From a virus (lineage: Duplodnaviria > Caudoviricetes), in the IMG/VR virus record IMGVR_UViG_2756170261_000003, positions 33,021-97,020 of that record: a stretch of DNA of 64,000 nt. One strand, given 5' to 3'. The notes below the pieces were generated by a model. That model did not search any database. It was given only the letters and a program-made list of their open reading frames with translations, and was not told the origin of the DNA. The translations under genes and the position numbers were made by a program. Shown one piece after another: positions 30,023-39,575 of this stretch (its first letter is position 1; every line of letters begins with the position of its first letter).

Positions 30023-30844
30023 TTACCTCAAGAATTTGCCAAGCAGGCGGTGGTAGAGCGGGTTATCCGGCTGGGATTCCTGTTGCGGCTCGATGAACTC
30101 GGGCAGTTTCTCCGCCCCCATGAAGGCCGCCGCGTCGCGCTTCATGCGGTCGATACCGGAAATTGACACGGCCACGGGCGAGATCGCCGCACTGTCCAGC
30201 ACGGAAACGTCCTGGCCGCGCGATGACAGGATGGACAGCAACTGCTCGTTTTCGATCTGCAGGCGTTCCAGCGATTCCAGCGCCATATCGCGGGCATGGT
30301 TTGCGCTGTCCAGCAGCATGAGCATGGCCGCGTTCTGTTCGTTCTGCTCGGCCAGGACAACATCGTCGTACGTCATGCCGTTCACATCGTCCAGCGCATA
30401 GCCGCGATTGGTGGAGTAGTTCGGCTCGTTCACATAGTCGAAGCCGAAGAATTCCGGCCGCCTCGGGTCAATGGCCGACGAAAAGCCGCCCACCTTGCTG
30501 TTGTACATGCGTGCGGCAATCTGGCCTGTAGCGGTATCAAGGAATTCCGCCTGGTGCTCAATCGTGCCGTCAGGGTGCGCGCGCAGCAGTGTGGTGACAA
30601 TGGCCGGCTCGACGGCGTGTACCTTGCCCTCGGCAATGCCGCCCTCGGCTGGGTTCATGCCAAAGCGGATGCGGGGCCAGTGACCGAAAAAGCCGGTCAT
30701 ATCCCGGTTCGCGACACGTTCCTGCGCCTCGGGGCTGTTGACAGCATCCACGATGGCCTTGATGTTGAAATGGCGTTCTTTGCCGCGATACTTGCGGCCC
30801 CGTTCCTTGAGGTTGTACGAAATAACGGGCGTAGTCGCTCCCAT
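30023..30844 (-). CDS. Prohead protease (P1 Pro-like)
   Basis: GHWPR, GGFSSAI and GFDYVNEPNY motifs. Confidence 0.75.
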   Translation of the reverse strand: MGATTPVISYNLKERGRKYRGKERHFNIKAIVDAVNSPEAQERVANRDMTGFFGHWPRIRFGMNPAEGGIAEGKVHAVEPAIVTTLLRAHPDGTIEHQAEFLDTATGQIAARMYNSKVGGFSSAIDPRRPEFFGFDYVNEPNYSTNRGYALDDVNGMTYDDVVLAEQNEQNAAMLMLLDSANHARDMALESLERLQIENEQLLSILSSRGQDVSVLDSAAISPVAVSISGIDRMKRDAAAFMGAEKLPEFIEPQQESQPDNPLYHRLLGKFLR

Positions 30845-30872
30845 GGCGGACTCCTTTGCAATCTATACGGCA

Positions 30873-30913
30873 ATGATCGCCCGCCGGGAAACCATGGAAA
30901 CCTTCAAATTTCC
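30873..30913 (-). promoter_or_regulatory. Late promoter GGAAAT-N29-GATCAT
   Basis: Variant motif copy just after the terL stop. Confidence 0.55.
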
Positions 30914-30916
30914 CAC

Positions 30917-32437
30917 CTACACGTCCGCGAAGGCATCCCCGGCCTTGGCCGCCACGTCATCGGCCAACGCTTCCGCGCCGCCGGCATTGCCATCGCTCAC
31001 GATGTAGCTGACGTTCTCAAGGAACGCGAAGCAGATGGCATCCCACAAGTCGGGGGAGGCCAGGCCTTCCCATTCGGTCGAATGCTTGGGCGGCACGCGG
31101 ATACGCGCCTTGTCGGTGAATGTCTTGGGAATGCGCGACGACTGGTTGATCAGCGTGATCTTGTGGTCTTGCGTCAGGACGGACAGCCGGCCCTCTTTGG
31201 CGGCCCGAGCGGCGTGGTGCATGGCCTGGGCGCGCAGGTTCAGGTAGCGATCCTTGTTCTTCTTCTGGAAGCAGGGATTGCCCCAGTTGACGCGGTGAAC
31301 GACCTTGTTGGCGTCTTCGAGGTCTTGGCACACGTTGATACCCAGGCCGCCGGAGTCCACCACATGCGTCACGCCCGGTAGGTCGCTGGCTTCGTCCATC
31401 ATGTAGTTGGCGAACACGTTGGAGCGTATCCGGTTCGTCATGAGCGGGATTTTCACCACCTCGACGCGCCGGGCCTCGGGGCCTATGTCGCCATAGCCGA
31501 TAACCCGGATGATGACGTTGGCCGACTTGTCGCGCAGACCTTCCCCTGATGCAATGTCGCCCGTCGCCAGCCAGCCCCACGGCTCACTGTCTTCGATGAT
31601 CCGCCCCCGCCGGTACATTTTCTCGGCAACCTTACGACTCATCATGTGCTTGCTGGAATCTTCGGGCGACAGGCCCAGCAGGCGTACCCGCCGTTCGTCG
31701 TCATCGTAGGAACCCCACAACTCAAGCAATGAGGCGTCGCTCACGAACGGCGAATCGAACGAGCTGAACGTCATGTTGTTCCATTCGCCACCGTTGGCAA
31801 TGGACAATTCGTTCTGTGTGCGCCAGAAGAACCCGGCATTGCGCGTGAACTGGCTGGTCAGCAGCATGCGGTTGTGCTGTTCGGTCAGCGCCCCCGACAG
31901 CGTGGTCAGCACTTCGTCGGGCAGGGTGCTGGCTTCGTCGCCTATGATCAGCAGCCATTCACCGTGCCGGCCCGCCATCTTGTTCGCCGTCTTGGCGTTG
32001 GCGGTCTTGGATTCGGCAAACCATACCTGCTCAAACCCCTTGATGCGCGCCGTAGCGTCGGCCATGACCTCGACATGCTCGGCAATCCAGCCATGAGGGC
32101 CGCGCCGGATGCGCTCGACGGCCACGCCGATTTCCTTCCAGAGCGTGGCCTTCAACTGATCCATGTCGTTCGCCGTCAGCAGCGTGACGGACATGGGGTA
32201 ACAGAGCATGTGCCAGAGCACGATGTTTGCAATGGAGGTGGTCTTGCCCGTGCCGTGGCCGGAAGCAACCGAGGTGCGCGAGCGCGATTTCGACACGCTC
32301 CCGTATAGCTGGCGCTGCTGGGATGACGCCTGGATGCCCTGAACTTCAATCGCGAACCGCTCGGCACTGCCGGAGTAGCGTTCACAAAAAAGCGTCCAGC
32401 GCGGGTCTTCTGGTAGCAATAACCGCTTAGTCGCCAT
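30917..32437 (-). CDS. pacB: Terminase large subunit (P1 PacB-like)
   Basis: SGHGTGKT Walker A, IIGDEAS Walker B, nuclease motifs GDIASG and SPDLWDA. Confidence 0.92.
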   Translation of the reverse strand: MATKRLLLPEDPRWTLFCERYSGSAERFAIEVQGIQASSQQRQLYGSVSKSRSRTSVASGHGTGKTTSIANIVLWHMLCYPMSVTLLTANDMDQLKATLWKEIGVAVERIRRGPHGWIAEHVEVMADATARIKGFEQVWFAESKTANAKTANKMAGRHGEWLLIIGDEASTLPDEVLTTLSGALTEQHNRMLLTSQFTRNAGFFWRTQNELSIANGGEWNNMTFSSFDSPFVSDASLLELWGSYDDDERRVRLLGLSPEDSSKHMMSRKVAEKMYRRGRIIEDSEPWGWLATGDIASGEGLRDKSANVIIRVIGYGDIGPEARRVEVVKIPLMTNRIRSNVFANYMMDEASDLPGVTHVVDSGGLGINVCQDLEDANKVVHRVNWGNPCFQKKNKDRYLNLRAQAMHHAARAAKEGRLSVLTQDHKITLINQSSRIPKTFTDKARIRVPPKHSTEWEGLASPDLWDAICFAFLENVSYIVSDGNAGGAEALADDVAAKAGDAFADV

Positions 32438-33323
32438 CCTCTACATCGCCATCAAACTTGATACCCAAGCGCTCCATGCGCCCCTCAACAACCCTGAACT
32501 CAACGTCTTCCGCCTCTTTCAGCGTCTTCGCATAAATCGCGTCAAGCTCTTCCTTGGGCGGGAAAATGTTGACGTTGATTTCTTCCTTAATCTCTACCTT
32601 GTCCTTCCACTGCTTGGGCTGACGGTTTTTCAGCCAAAAAATGGCCGCCGTGGTTTCGGGCGGGTAATGCTTGGTCGTCGGCGTGATGACAATCTCACTC
32701 ATGCCGTCGCCCACCGAAACCGTCCGAATGTCATCCTCGGGATGCGAGTAACCCAGCGCCCGCTTGTACAGGCTGTTGGCTACCTCGGAATCGGCCTTCA
32801 ACTTCCCGGCTTTTAGGGCCTCCACAAAATCAGGGTGCGCCAGCTTCCAATTGTTCAGCGTCGATACCGCTATCCCAAAGAAATCAGCCAGTTCTTCATC
32901 GGTAGCGCCGAGCAGGCATAGCTTGTAAACCTGCTCGGCATATGCGTCCTGATAAAGGGTGGGCCGTCCTACCGGATTCGGCTGGGTCGGTTCTTGTTCA
33001 GGCGCAGGACTATTCTGCGGAATGGTTTCGATGGTTTCCCTCACGGTTTCCGGTTTCGATTGAGAAACCTTAGAAACCTTCGATACCTTGGGGGATACCT
33101 TCCCCTTGGCCGGGGCCTTTTCGGGCGCTGGCGGGGCGCTGGGAGCCTGGGCGGCCCCTTTCTTAGCCCAGCTATCCCGTACCGCCGTCTTGCGAACCGC
33201 CGGGGCAGATACCGGCAAGTCCAACTCCCGCACCAGCCATGTGTAGCCATCCCGTGGGTCTGCCTCCCACGTATCGCGGATTTGCCCCCACTCTTCGGGG
33301 GAAAGCTTCGGTTTAGCTGCCAT
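32427..33323 (-). CDS. Terminase small subunit
   Basis: GRPTLY, GATDEELADFFG, LYKRALGY, AAIFWLKNRQP. Confidence 0.85.
   Translation of the reverse strand: MAAKPKLSPEEWGQIRDTWEADPRDGYTWLVRELDLPVSAPAVRKTAVRDSWAKKGAAQAPSAPPAPEKAPAKGKVSPKVSKVSKVSQSKPETVRETIETIPQNSPAPEQEPTQPNPVGRPTLYQDAYAEQVYKLCLLGATDEELADFFGIAVSTLNNWKLAHPDFVEALKAGKLKADSEVANSLYKRALGYSHPEDDIRTVSVGDGMSEIVITPTTKHYPPETTAAIFWLKNRQPKQWKDKVEIKEEINVNIFPPKEELDAIYAKTLKEAEDVEFRVVEGRMERLGIKFDGDVEDGD
33024..33100. repeat. Symmetric array of 4x GGTTTC followed by 4x GAWACCT inside terS (candidate pac)
   Basis: GGTTTC at 33024, 33033, 33045, 33052; GAWACCT at 33064, 33073, 33082, 33094. Confidence 0.6.
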
Positions 33324-33969
33324 GGTGGTTCTGCTGCGCAAAGAGTTTCAACTGATTGGTTTCCGTGGCGGCTATGGATGCCTCACAGCGAAACCGCTTC
33401 ATCTTGGCCCGGGCGGAGTCCGCTGCATCCTTCACGCGGGTAATGGCCCCCTCCAAGCGACTGCCGGCGCGCATGTCGATGAACCCGGGGTTCAGTTCAT
33501 GGAATCGGGTCAAGGCCGCTTGCGCCTCCATGCCCGACGCAACCATGGCCGCCACCGATTCGTCCATGGCCTGTACCTTGTTGTGGATCAGACGCAGGAT
33601 TTCCATGTCGCGGCGGCGTGCTGCCTCCCAGGCGTTGAACATCCATTGCGACACTTCGCGCTCTTGCGTCATGCGCGCCCCCGTCTCCCAGTCATCGGAT
33701 GCCCCGAACAGGAAGTCAATGCTCACCTCGTACAGGCTGGCCGCGCGCACGATGATCCAGAGCGGCACGCTGTTGGTGTCTGTCGCTCCCTCGATTTTGC
33801 TCAACTTGGACGGGTTCGAGTACCCGAAGCGGCGGGCCGCCTCCACCTGGGAAAGGTTGCACAGTTCCCGGGCCTGACGCATACGCTGGCCGATGGTTTT
33901 CACGATGGTCGCCTGCTCGATCTTGCCGGCGGGCTGCCGGCGGGCGGTTGTGAGCCTATTTCGAATCAT
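33313..33969 (-). CDS. XRE-family HTH regulator with helical C-terminus
   Basis: IGQRMRQARELCNLSQVEAARRFGYSNPSKLSKIE. Confidence 0.8.
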   Translation of the reverse strand: MIRNRLTTARRQPAGKIEQATIVKTIGQRMRQARELCNLSQVEAARRFGYSNPSKLSKIEGATDTNSVPLWIIVRAASLYEVSIDFLFGASDDWETGARMTQEREVSQWMFNAWEAARRRDMEILRLIHNKVQAMDESVAAMVASGMEAQAALTRFHELNPGFIDMRAGSRLEGAITRVKDAADSARAKMKRFRCEASIAATETNQLKLFAQQNHHGS

Positions 33970-34170
33970 GACCACCCCCAAACATTGCGGACAACACGCC
34001 CAGCGAGTAAGCACCGTACACGGCGCAGGCTTCCAGATACCAAGCGGCATACAGGTTAAACATCATCGCTTCCTCCAAACTTTCGACACCGCGCGGCACA
34101 GCACGAACGGCAACCACACAGCAAAGGCGCTGCAACCAACCACAGAGACCACCACCAGTAGCGCGTCCAT

Positions 34171-34641
34171 TCAATACCCCTCGATGTTCCAGCCCCCGCC
34201 GTCTTTGGCGGAAAGCTTCTTGACCTTAAACATGGCGAACCAGGGCAGGGCCTCGGCGCACAGGCGGATCTTCATCTGCCCCTTGTCCGTGGTGTATCCG
34301 CCCTTGGTTTCGTGAATCTGTACCTGCAGATCAGCCGTCAGTACGAGAAAGTCCACCTCGTAGAACACCCCGGCGGCCAGCCGCACGTTCATGGGGTGAA
34401 ACTTCCAGTCCAGAATCTCGCCCGCCAGCTTGCGGGCCTCAAGCACCTGGGAGTACGCGGCCTCGGTCTTGTTCATCCGATCCTTGGGTAGGCGGCCCAG
34501 CGCCTGGAAGCGCTTGCGGGCGTTGTCCTGGCGTACCAGCTTCTGATGCTTGGCGTACTGCTCGGGCGTCAGTTGCAGGTTCTGGCGCGCCCCGGCCTTG
34601 GCATAGCGCGATTGCGCCAGCAGTTCGGCGTTCGTGCTCAT
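34171..34641 (-). CDS. PD-(D/E)xK endonuclease (DUF1064-like)
   Basis: MNKTEAAY...YEVDFLV...IHETKG. Confidence 0.7.
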   Translation of the reverse strand: MSTNAELLAQSRYAKAGARQNLQLTPEQYAKHQKLVRQDNARKRFQALGRLPKDRMNKTEAAYSQVLEARKLAGEILDWKFHPMNVRLAAGVFYEVDFLVLTADLQVQIHETKGGYTTDKGQMKIRLCAEALPWFAMFKVKKLSAKDGGGWNIEGY

Positions 34642-34925
34642 GCGGCCTCCAAGGTTTTCGGCGATTCCGTTGCGCGCGGGGCTTTGTCGCCGCGAATGGG
34701 CTGCAGCACGCTGTCGTCAATGCCAGTCACCAGGGTTTTGCCGACCCCGCGAATGTTCAGCCAGAACGGCTCTTTGATGGCCCACGTTGCCGCGCCCTGG
34801 CGGTCGTACAGAGAAACCACCGTGACGATCCGACCGATCACAGCGCGCATGACAGCCTCATGAACGGGCGTCGGGCATTCCCCGATCCTCACCACCACGG
34901 CCATATCACCCGGTTTGCAGTTCAT
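34638..34925 (-). CDS. Hypothetical phage protein
   Basis: MNCKPGDMAVVV...DSVLQPIRG, a common small phage pattern. Confidence 0.65.
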   Translation of the reverse strand: MNCKPGDMAVVVRIGECPTPVHEAVMRAVIGRIVTVVSLYDRQGAATWAIKEPFWLNIRGVGKTLVTGIDDSVLQPIRGDKAPRATESPKTLEAA

Positions 34926-35100
34926 TTCTCAATTCCTCCTTGACCAGGCCGGCCATATGCGCCCCCATCCACTCGAAGGTTTCGAGCTGCTTCTGCTTGG
35001 CGAAGCGCGGGGCCGTGGTTGATCGCAAATTCTTGATCTTGCGCACCATGCAATGGACGCAAGCCTTGTTGTAGACATATCCGGTCAGTTCGCATGTCAT
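34906..35100 (-). CDS. Small Cys-containing hypothetical protein
   Basis: 64 aa, coupled. Confidence 0.5.
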   Translation of the reverse strand: MTCELTGYVYNKACVHCMVRKIKNLRSTTAPRFAKQKQLETFEWMGAHMAGLVKEELRNELQTG

Positions 35101-35750
35101 GCCGCCCTCTGCTCTGGTGCGGCCAGCAGCGCTACGTCGCCCGCGCTCGCCCGCTCAAAGCCCAAGCGCGGCTGTGCGGTACCGCCCTGCATCACGCGCG
35201 CTGCCGTGGTCGCGTCGCCAATCAGCACAGGGGCCTGGCTTTCCCGGTTCTCTTGCGCGTTTTGCGCCTGGGCCAAGCCGATCAGCACAGGCGGGTACTC
35301 CGGGGTCTCGTTGCGGATGCGGTAGCCGCGATAACGGTTCTCAAACTCTTTCGCAACGAACGGCCAGTCGTGATCCGTCTTCATGCCCAGCATCGTCCAG
35401 CCGCCCATGTCTTCCAGCACGCGATGGATCAGGGCGTCATCGAACGCCACGCTCTCCCACGTTCCGACCTGGCGCACGGCCTTGTCCACCTTCGACCACG
35501 CCGCCAGCGCGGAATCCTGGGTGGAGCCGGTCATCATCTTCAAAATGTCCGCCGGCTTCGGCATGAACTGGCCCGAGTCCGGGTTGTGCATGTGGCGGTC
35601 GAACGCCTGGCGCACCGCCGGCAGGTCGTAGGGCTTCATGACGTTCCACCACATGCCGATAGCGATGTTCGACAGCGGGCGGGTAGGCGCAAGCAGTTCA
35701 GCCGTAGCGCCCAGGATCATCACAAAATCGTCGTAGTCTTTAGGCTGCAT
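35097..35750 (-). CDS. Replication-associated protein (DUF6475-like, helicase-loader position)
   Basis: FMPKPAD, FDDALIHRVLEDMGGW; follows the initiator. Confidence 0.7.
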   Translation of the reverse strand: MQPKDYDDFVMILGATAELLAPTRPLSNIAIGMWWNVMKPYDLPAVRQAFDRHMHNPDSGQFMPKPADILKMMTGSTQDSALAAWSKVDKAVRQVGTWESVAFDDALIHRVLEDMGGWTMLGMKTDHDWPFVAKEFENRYRGYRIRNETPEYPPVLIGLAQAQNAQENRESQAPVLIGDATTAARVMQGGTAQPRLGFERASAGDVALLAAPEQRAA

Positions 35751-36672
35751 GGCTCTCTCCAAAAATCATCTTCTTTGCCTCTTCGGCGGCTTTCATGCTC
35801 TGGTCGAACGCGCTTGACCCGCCTGTACCGGCCCGGCCTCGCGCTGGGCGGCTCTCTGCGGCCCGGCGCACCCAGTTGCGCCACGTACCCAGCCAGTCAA
35901 GCTTTGTGGCGTCCTTGCCGGTCTTTGGCACCCAGTAGTCGCGGAATTTGTCGGCCTCCAGGCGAACGCGGTCAGCATCCCAGTCGGGTTGGTCTTCAAG
36001 CGCCCACTCGCCCCACAGCTTGGGAAGCTTCCAGTCGGAAGGCAGTCGCGATCCCCTGGGGGATGAAGCGCGGGGGGCCGGCTGCGCAGCAGCAGGCGGG
36101 TCGTTTTCAGCAGGCAGGCCCTCCGGGTTGCTGGGATTCCCCCCGGCTTCGGCGGCCTCTCTTTGTTCCTGCTCCTGTTCTTTCTTCTGCTCCTGTTCCT
36201 GTTCCTGGCTTGCAAGGGGCTTAGAAGGGGCTTGCGGCGGATTGATCAATTCACGGCTTTCTGTCATGCAAAAAGCGTCCTTGTATTTCTCGAAGAACCG
36301 CGCCAGATAAGGGTTTGAGGGCAATGACATGTATTCGTTATGCACGCCCTTTACCCGCAAGTCGGCGGGCTTGAGTGAGTCGGCAATCTGGTATGACGCC
36401 ATTTCGATCACCCACACCACCTCCGAAGCCTCGTCATACTCACAAAACCCCGCTTCGATGGCGCTACGAAGCCCCTTTGATGCCCCTTCCATGCCTAGCC
36501 CGGTTTCGTGCGCAATGAACATTTCCGGGCAGTAATACAGGCCCAGCATGTTCGCGTGCGGACTGGTCAGCAGGTACATGGCAACAATCTGCGCCTCCAT
36601 CCCAGCCGCGCGCATGCGTTTGCCTGTCGCGCCGATCCAGAACTTCGGGCTAACCTTTGAGTAATCACGCAT
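35740..36672 (-). CDS. Replication initiator (lambda O-like)
   Basis: N-terminal wHTH-like region, QE linker, C-terminal KFRDYW...DWLGTWRNWVR. Confidence 0.8.
   Translation of the reverse strand: MRDYSKVSPKFWIGATGKRMRAAGMEAQIVAMYLLTSPHANMLGLYYCPEMFIAHETGLGMEGASKGLRSAIEAGFCEYDEASEVVWVIEMASYQIADSLKPADLRVKGVHNEYMSLPSNPYLARFFEKYKDAFCMTESRELINPPQAPSKPLASQEQEQEQKKEQEQEQREAAEAGGNPSNPEGLPAENDPPAAAQPAPRASSPRGSRLPSDWKLPKLWGEWALEDQPDWDADRVRLEADKFRDYWVPKTGKDATKLDWLGTWRNWVRRAAESRPARGRAGTGGSSAFDQSMKAAEEAKKMIFGESHAA
36214..36488. repeat. Candidate origin iterons AAGGGGCTT (2 direct and 2 inverted, 11-bp period)
   Basis: Copies at 36214 and 36225; inverted at 36469 and 36480 (one mismatch). Confidence 0.5.
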
Positions 36673-37407
36673 TTATGCCGCCTCTTCCTGCCGCCGAAGA
36701 CGGTATTTCGCCCACTCACCAGCGGCCCAGGTAACGCCCTTGGGCGTGAAGCGCATTTGATTGAAAGCGTGTTCGTTTGCGTTGGAAATGCCGGTCTTGA
36801 CCTCGAAGCGCCCGGCGTCAATATGGTTCTGATACGGGGTCAGGACGCCGGCCAGACGGTACGCAACCTTCTCTTCGATCAGGAACAGCCGGAAATGGCC
36901 TTCTTTCGCCCCCAGCAGCTTGCAGACCTCACGGAAGCCCTTGCTACCGTTGGCGGTCGCGTAGCGGTCTACGAACTCAACCTTGGGCGCTGCGGCGGTC
37001 AGGGCGGCCTGTTGCTGCTCTATGCGCTCGGCCTGCTCGGCTGCCAGGCGCAGGGCCTCGGCAAACGTGCCAGGAACGCGCACTTGGCTTTCCAGTTCCT
37101 GCCAGCGGTCAACCAGCCGGGCGGTGAACTCCGGGGAAAGCTGGGCCACAATCACATAGCTGTCGCGCTTACCGATCAGGTACACGCGCGTCGCGCGCGG
37201 GCGGCCCATTGAATCGGTATCGTGTTCGTCCCCCACTGGGGGTTGAACGATCAGGCCACGCTCGGCCAGGCGCTCTATGGATTGCTTCACCTTGTCATGG
37301 CGAGACCCAACCAATTCGGCAATCTCTCGACTGCTCATGGTGGGGGCCATGCCTGGAATAAAGACTGGCGCTTTTGCGTGGGGCTGCGTTACAATTGACG
37401 TATTCAT
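36673..37407 (-). CDS. Rha-family/KilAC antirepressor
   Basis: MSSREIAELVGSRHDKV...VDRWQELE plus APKVEFVDRY...FTPKG. Confidence 0.85.
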   Translation of the reverse strand: MNTSIVTQPHAKAPVFIPGMAPTMSSREIAELVGSRHDKVKQSIERLAERGLIVQPPVGDEHDTDSMGRPRATRVYLIGKRDSYVIVAQLSPEFTARLVDRWQELESQVRVPGTFAEALRLAAEQAERIEQQQAALTAAAPKVEFVDRYATANGSKGFREVCKLLGAKEGHFRLFLIEEKVAYRLAGVLTPYQNHIDAGRFEVKTGISNANEHAFNQMRFTPKGVTWAAGEWAKYRLRRQEEAA

Positions 37408-37416
37408 TGCGAGTCC

Positions 37417-38697
37417 TTATGAAATTTCAATGAACCGGCCCGGGTCAGCAGCTACTGACGCCGGGCCATCTTTTTGGTATTCGTTTGAGAACAGATCAAG
37501 CTGGGGCTGCGGCTGACCCTCCGCATCCAACAGGCTGCGCTGCAGGTAGGCGTACTCGATCCGGGCGCGCGCTATATCCAGATACCCAAGCGGTCTGCCC
37601 TGGTCGTCGCTATCCAGATCGAAGCCGATGAATTCAAAGCCTTCCAGAACGGCGGCCTTGCCGGTCGATCCGCTTCCCGTGAAAATGTCCAGCACCGTGC
37701 CGCCGGGCGGCGTTACGAGCCTGCACAGGTAGCGCATAAGGCTGGTGGGCTTGACGGTGGGGTGATTGTTCTTGACGGGCGCTGGCTTCCATCCGTCACG
37801 GCGGGTAATGTGCTGCCCGCTGGTGTTGCTGTTCATGCCGCCTTCGCGGTCTTGGATACCGTCGCACCCCTCATTCCTGTCCGCGCGGCTGGCCTTGGCG
37901 CTGTAGAAGAAACGGGCCGCAGTGCCGGTATCGCCATGAAACGCCCCGGCAACGCGCGCACGCTCGCCAGTAATCAGTCCGGTGCTGGCGGCGCTCGCCT
38001 CGGTTCCCTTGACGGGGGCGCTCGCCCCGCGCTCGCCGTATTGGGCGAAAGCCTCAAGCACCTCTTCGCTGCCGTCATGGATGATGTTCGCCGGCCAGCG
38101 GCCCAGGCTATGCGGCTGCGTAACGGTGCCACGCCCCCGGCATTCATCCTCATGACGACGCGGAAGGCCGCCGCTTCCTGTGTTCGGGCGCATTGCTTCC
38201 GCCGGCACGCGGCAAGCGTCAATATTCAGCGCCCCCGTGCCGTGCTCAAGAACATTGCCAGCCACGGTTCCATCAAGGGGCTTGCGTGCCACGCATATCG
38301 GCTCTTGCGCTGGCTTGAGCGCTGTTCCCCATCCAGCCCATTGCGCGGAATCCTCGCCCGACATGTCCTGTTCGGCGATGTTGCGCGACTTGGGGAAGCC
38401 GGAGCCGTACAGCCAGCCGATTTGGTCGCGAATCTCGAACCCAGCGTCTTCAATAGCGCACGCCATGCGGTGATACGTGCGCGTTCCGCTGAACGCAAGC
38501 AAGTGGCCGCCGGGTTTCAGCACGCGCAGGCTTTCGCGCCAAACCTCGACGTTGTAGGCGATGCCGCTGCTATCCCACCCCTTGCCCATAAAGCCAAGCT
38601 CGTAAGGGGGGTCGGTGACAACGCTATCGACGCTTTCATCGGGCAGGGTCTTCAACAGATCCAGGCAGTGGCCGCGCTCTAACCTGTACGGCCTCAT
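37417..38697 (-). CDS. DNA N4/N6 methyltransferase (beta class)
   Basis: VTDPPY, HPTVKP, VLDIFTGSGSTG. Confidence 0.9.
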   Translation of the reverse strand: MRPYRLERGHCLDLLKTLPDESVDSVVTDPPYELGFMGKGWDSSGIAYNVEVWRESLRVLKPGGHLLAFSGTRTYHRMACAIEDAGFEIRDQIGWLYGSGFPKSRNIAEQDMSGEDSAQWAGWGTALKPAQEPICVARKPLDGTVAGNVLEHGTGALNIDACRVPAEAMRPNTGSGGLPRRHEDECRGRGTVTQPHSLGRWPANIIHDGSEEVLEAFAQYGERGASAPVKGTEASAASTGLITGERARVAGAFHGDTGTAARFFYSAKASRADRNEGCDGIQDREGGMNSNTSGQHITRRDGWKPAPVKNNHPTVKPTSLMRYLCRLVTPPGGTVLDIFTGSGSTGKAAVLEGFEFIGFDLDSDDQGRPLGYLDIARARIEYAYLQRSLLDAEGQPQPQLDLFSNEYQKDGPASVAADPGRFIEIS

Positions 38698-39575
38698 GGT
38701 TGCGCCCCCGGCTTGCTCTCGCCGCCCGCCCGGGCTATGGCCGGCATCGGTGCATTTGCGCTCTCGACGGCGCGCTCGATTTCCCGAAAATTCTGCCGAA
38801 GGCCACGGATCACTTCATCGCGATCAAGCGCGGCTGCAGCACGATGGGCGGCGCTTGCGATTTCGTACGCGCTGGCGGATCTAGGCAGGCCAAGCGCTTC
38901 GGCCAGTTCGCCACGGGCGGAGTCAATGCGCGACATATCCTCGTTCGCCCGATCTTTGGCTTTTTGAATGCGATCCCGGTATTCGGCATCCGCGTCACGG
39001 GCGGCCTGGCGCAGCATTTCGGTGGCGTGCTCGTACTCCATATCCGCATGGGCGCGGTCTCTGACGGCTTCTGCAACCTGCTTGCCCAGTCGGTCATTCA
39101 TGGCATACAGGGCCTGCCAGATGCTTACCTCTTTCGGCTTATTTCGTTCAGCCTCACGCCTGACGCCATCAATGATCAGCTTCACCCAGGCGTCGCGCGG
39201 CAGGTTTTCCAGTGGGCGCATGGTTGGCCCCTTGACCGTCCGCCAGCCGTTCGGCCCGCGCACGATCAGGCCGCAGCCATCTGGAAGATCGGACTTTTTG
39301 ATAAGGCCCTCGGGTACGGCGAAGATGACGGCGCAGGCAAAACGCAGGTAATCCAACCACTTGCCTTTTGTCACGTCAGCGCGAAAATCCGACAAGGAAA
39401 CCTTGCACTCGTAGGCAATGGGCTGGAACCTTGCGTACGACATTGGCACTGAATACACGTCAGGCCGGGGTGAACCCGATGGGCCAAGCTGCATATCAGT
39501 CCATACAATGCGGTCTGATTTGCCCCGGACAAATTGGGCCAGGTCGTTCGCCAGATCATCATGCTTCCAGTTCAC
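38694..39575 (-). CDS. MmcB-like nuclease-fold protein with coiled coil
   Basis: RPDV...YECKVSLSDFRAD...KW..Y. Confidence 0.7.
   Translation of the reverse strand: MNWKHDDLANDLAQFVRGKSDRIVWTDMQLGPSGSPRPDVYSVPMSYARFQPIAYECKVSLSDFRADVTKGKWLDYLRFACAVIFAVPEGLIKKSDLPDGCGLIVRGPNGWRTVKGPTMRPLENLPRDAWVKLIIDGVRREAERNKPKEVSIWQALYAMNDRLGKQVAEAVRDRAHADMEYEHATEMLRQAARDADAEYRDRIQKAKDRANEDMSRIDSARGELAEALGLPRSASAYEIASAAHRAAAALDRDEVIRGLRQNFREIERAVESANAPMPAIARAGGESKPGAQP

Noticed and set aside
36160-36210. CTCCTGTTC-type microrepeats
   Set aside because: Encode the QE linker common in phage initiators
37989-38002. 14-nt match (CGGCGCTCGCCTCG) to the 3' end of the putative variable region, as a possible template region
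   Set aside because: Lies inside the MTase gene; flanks do not align and are not AAC-rich
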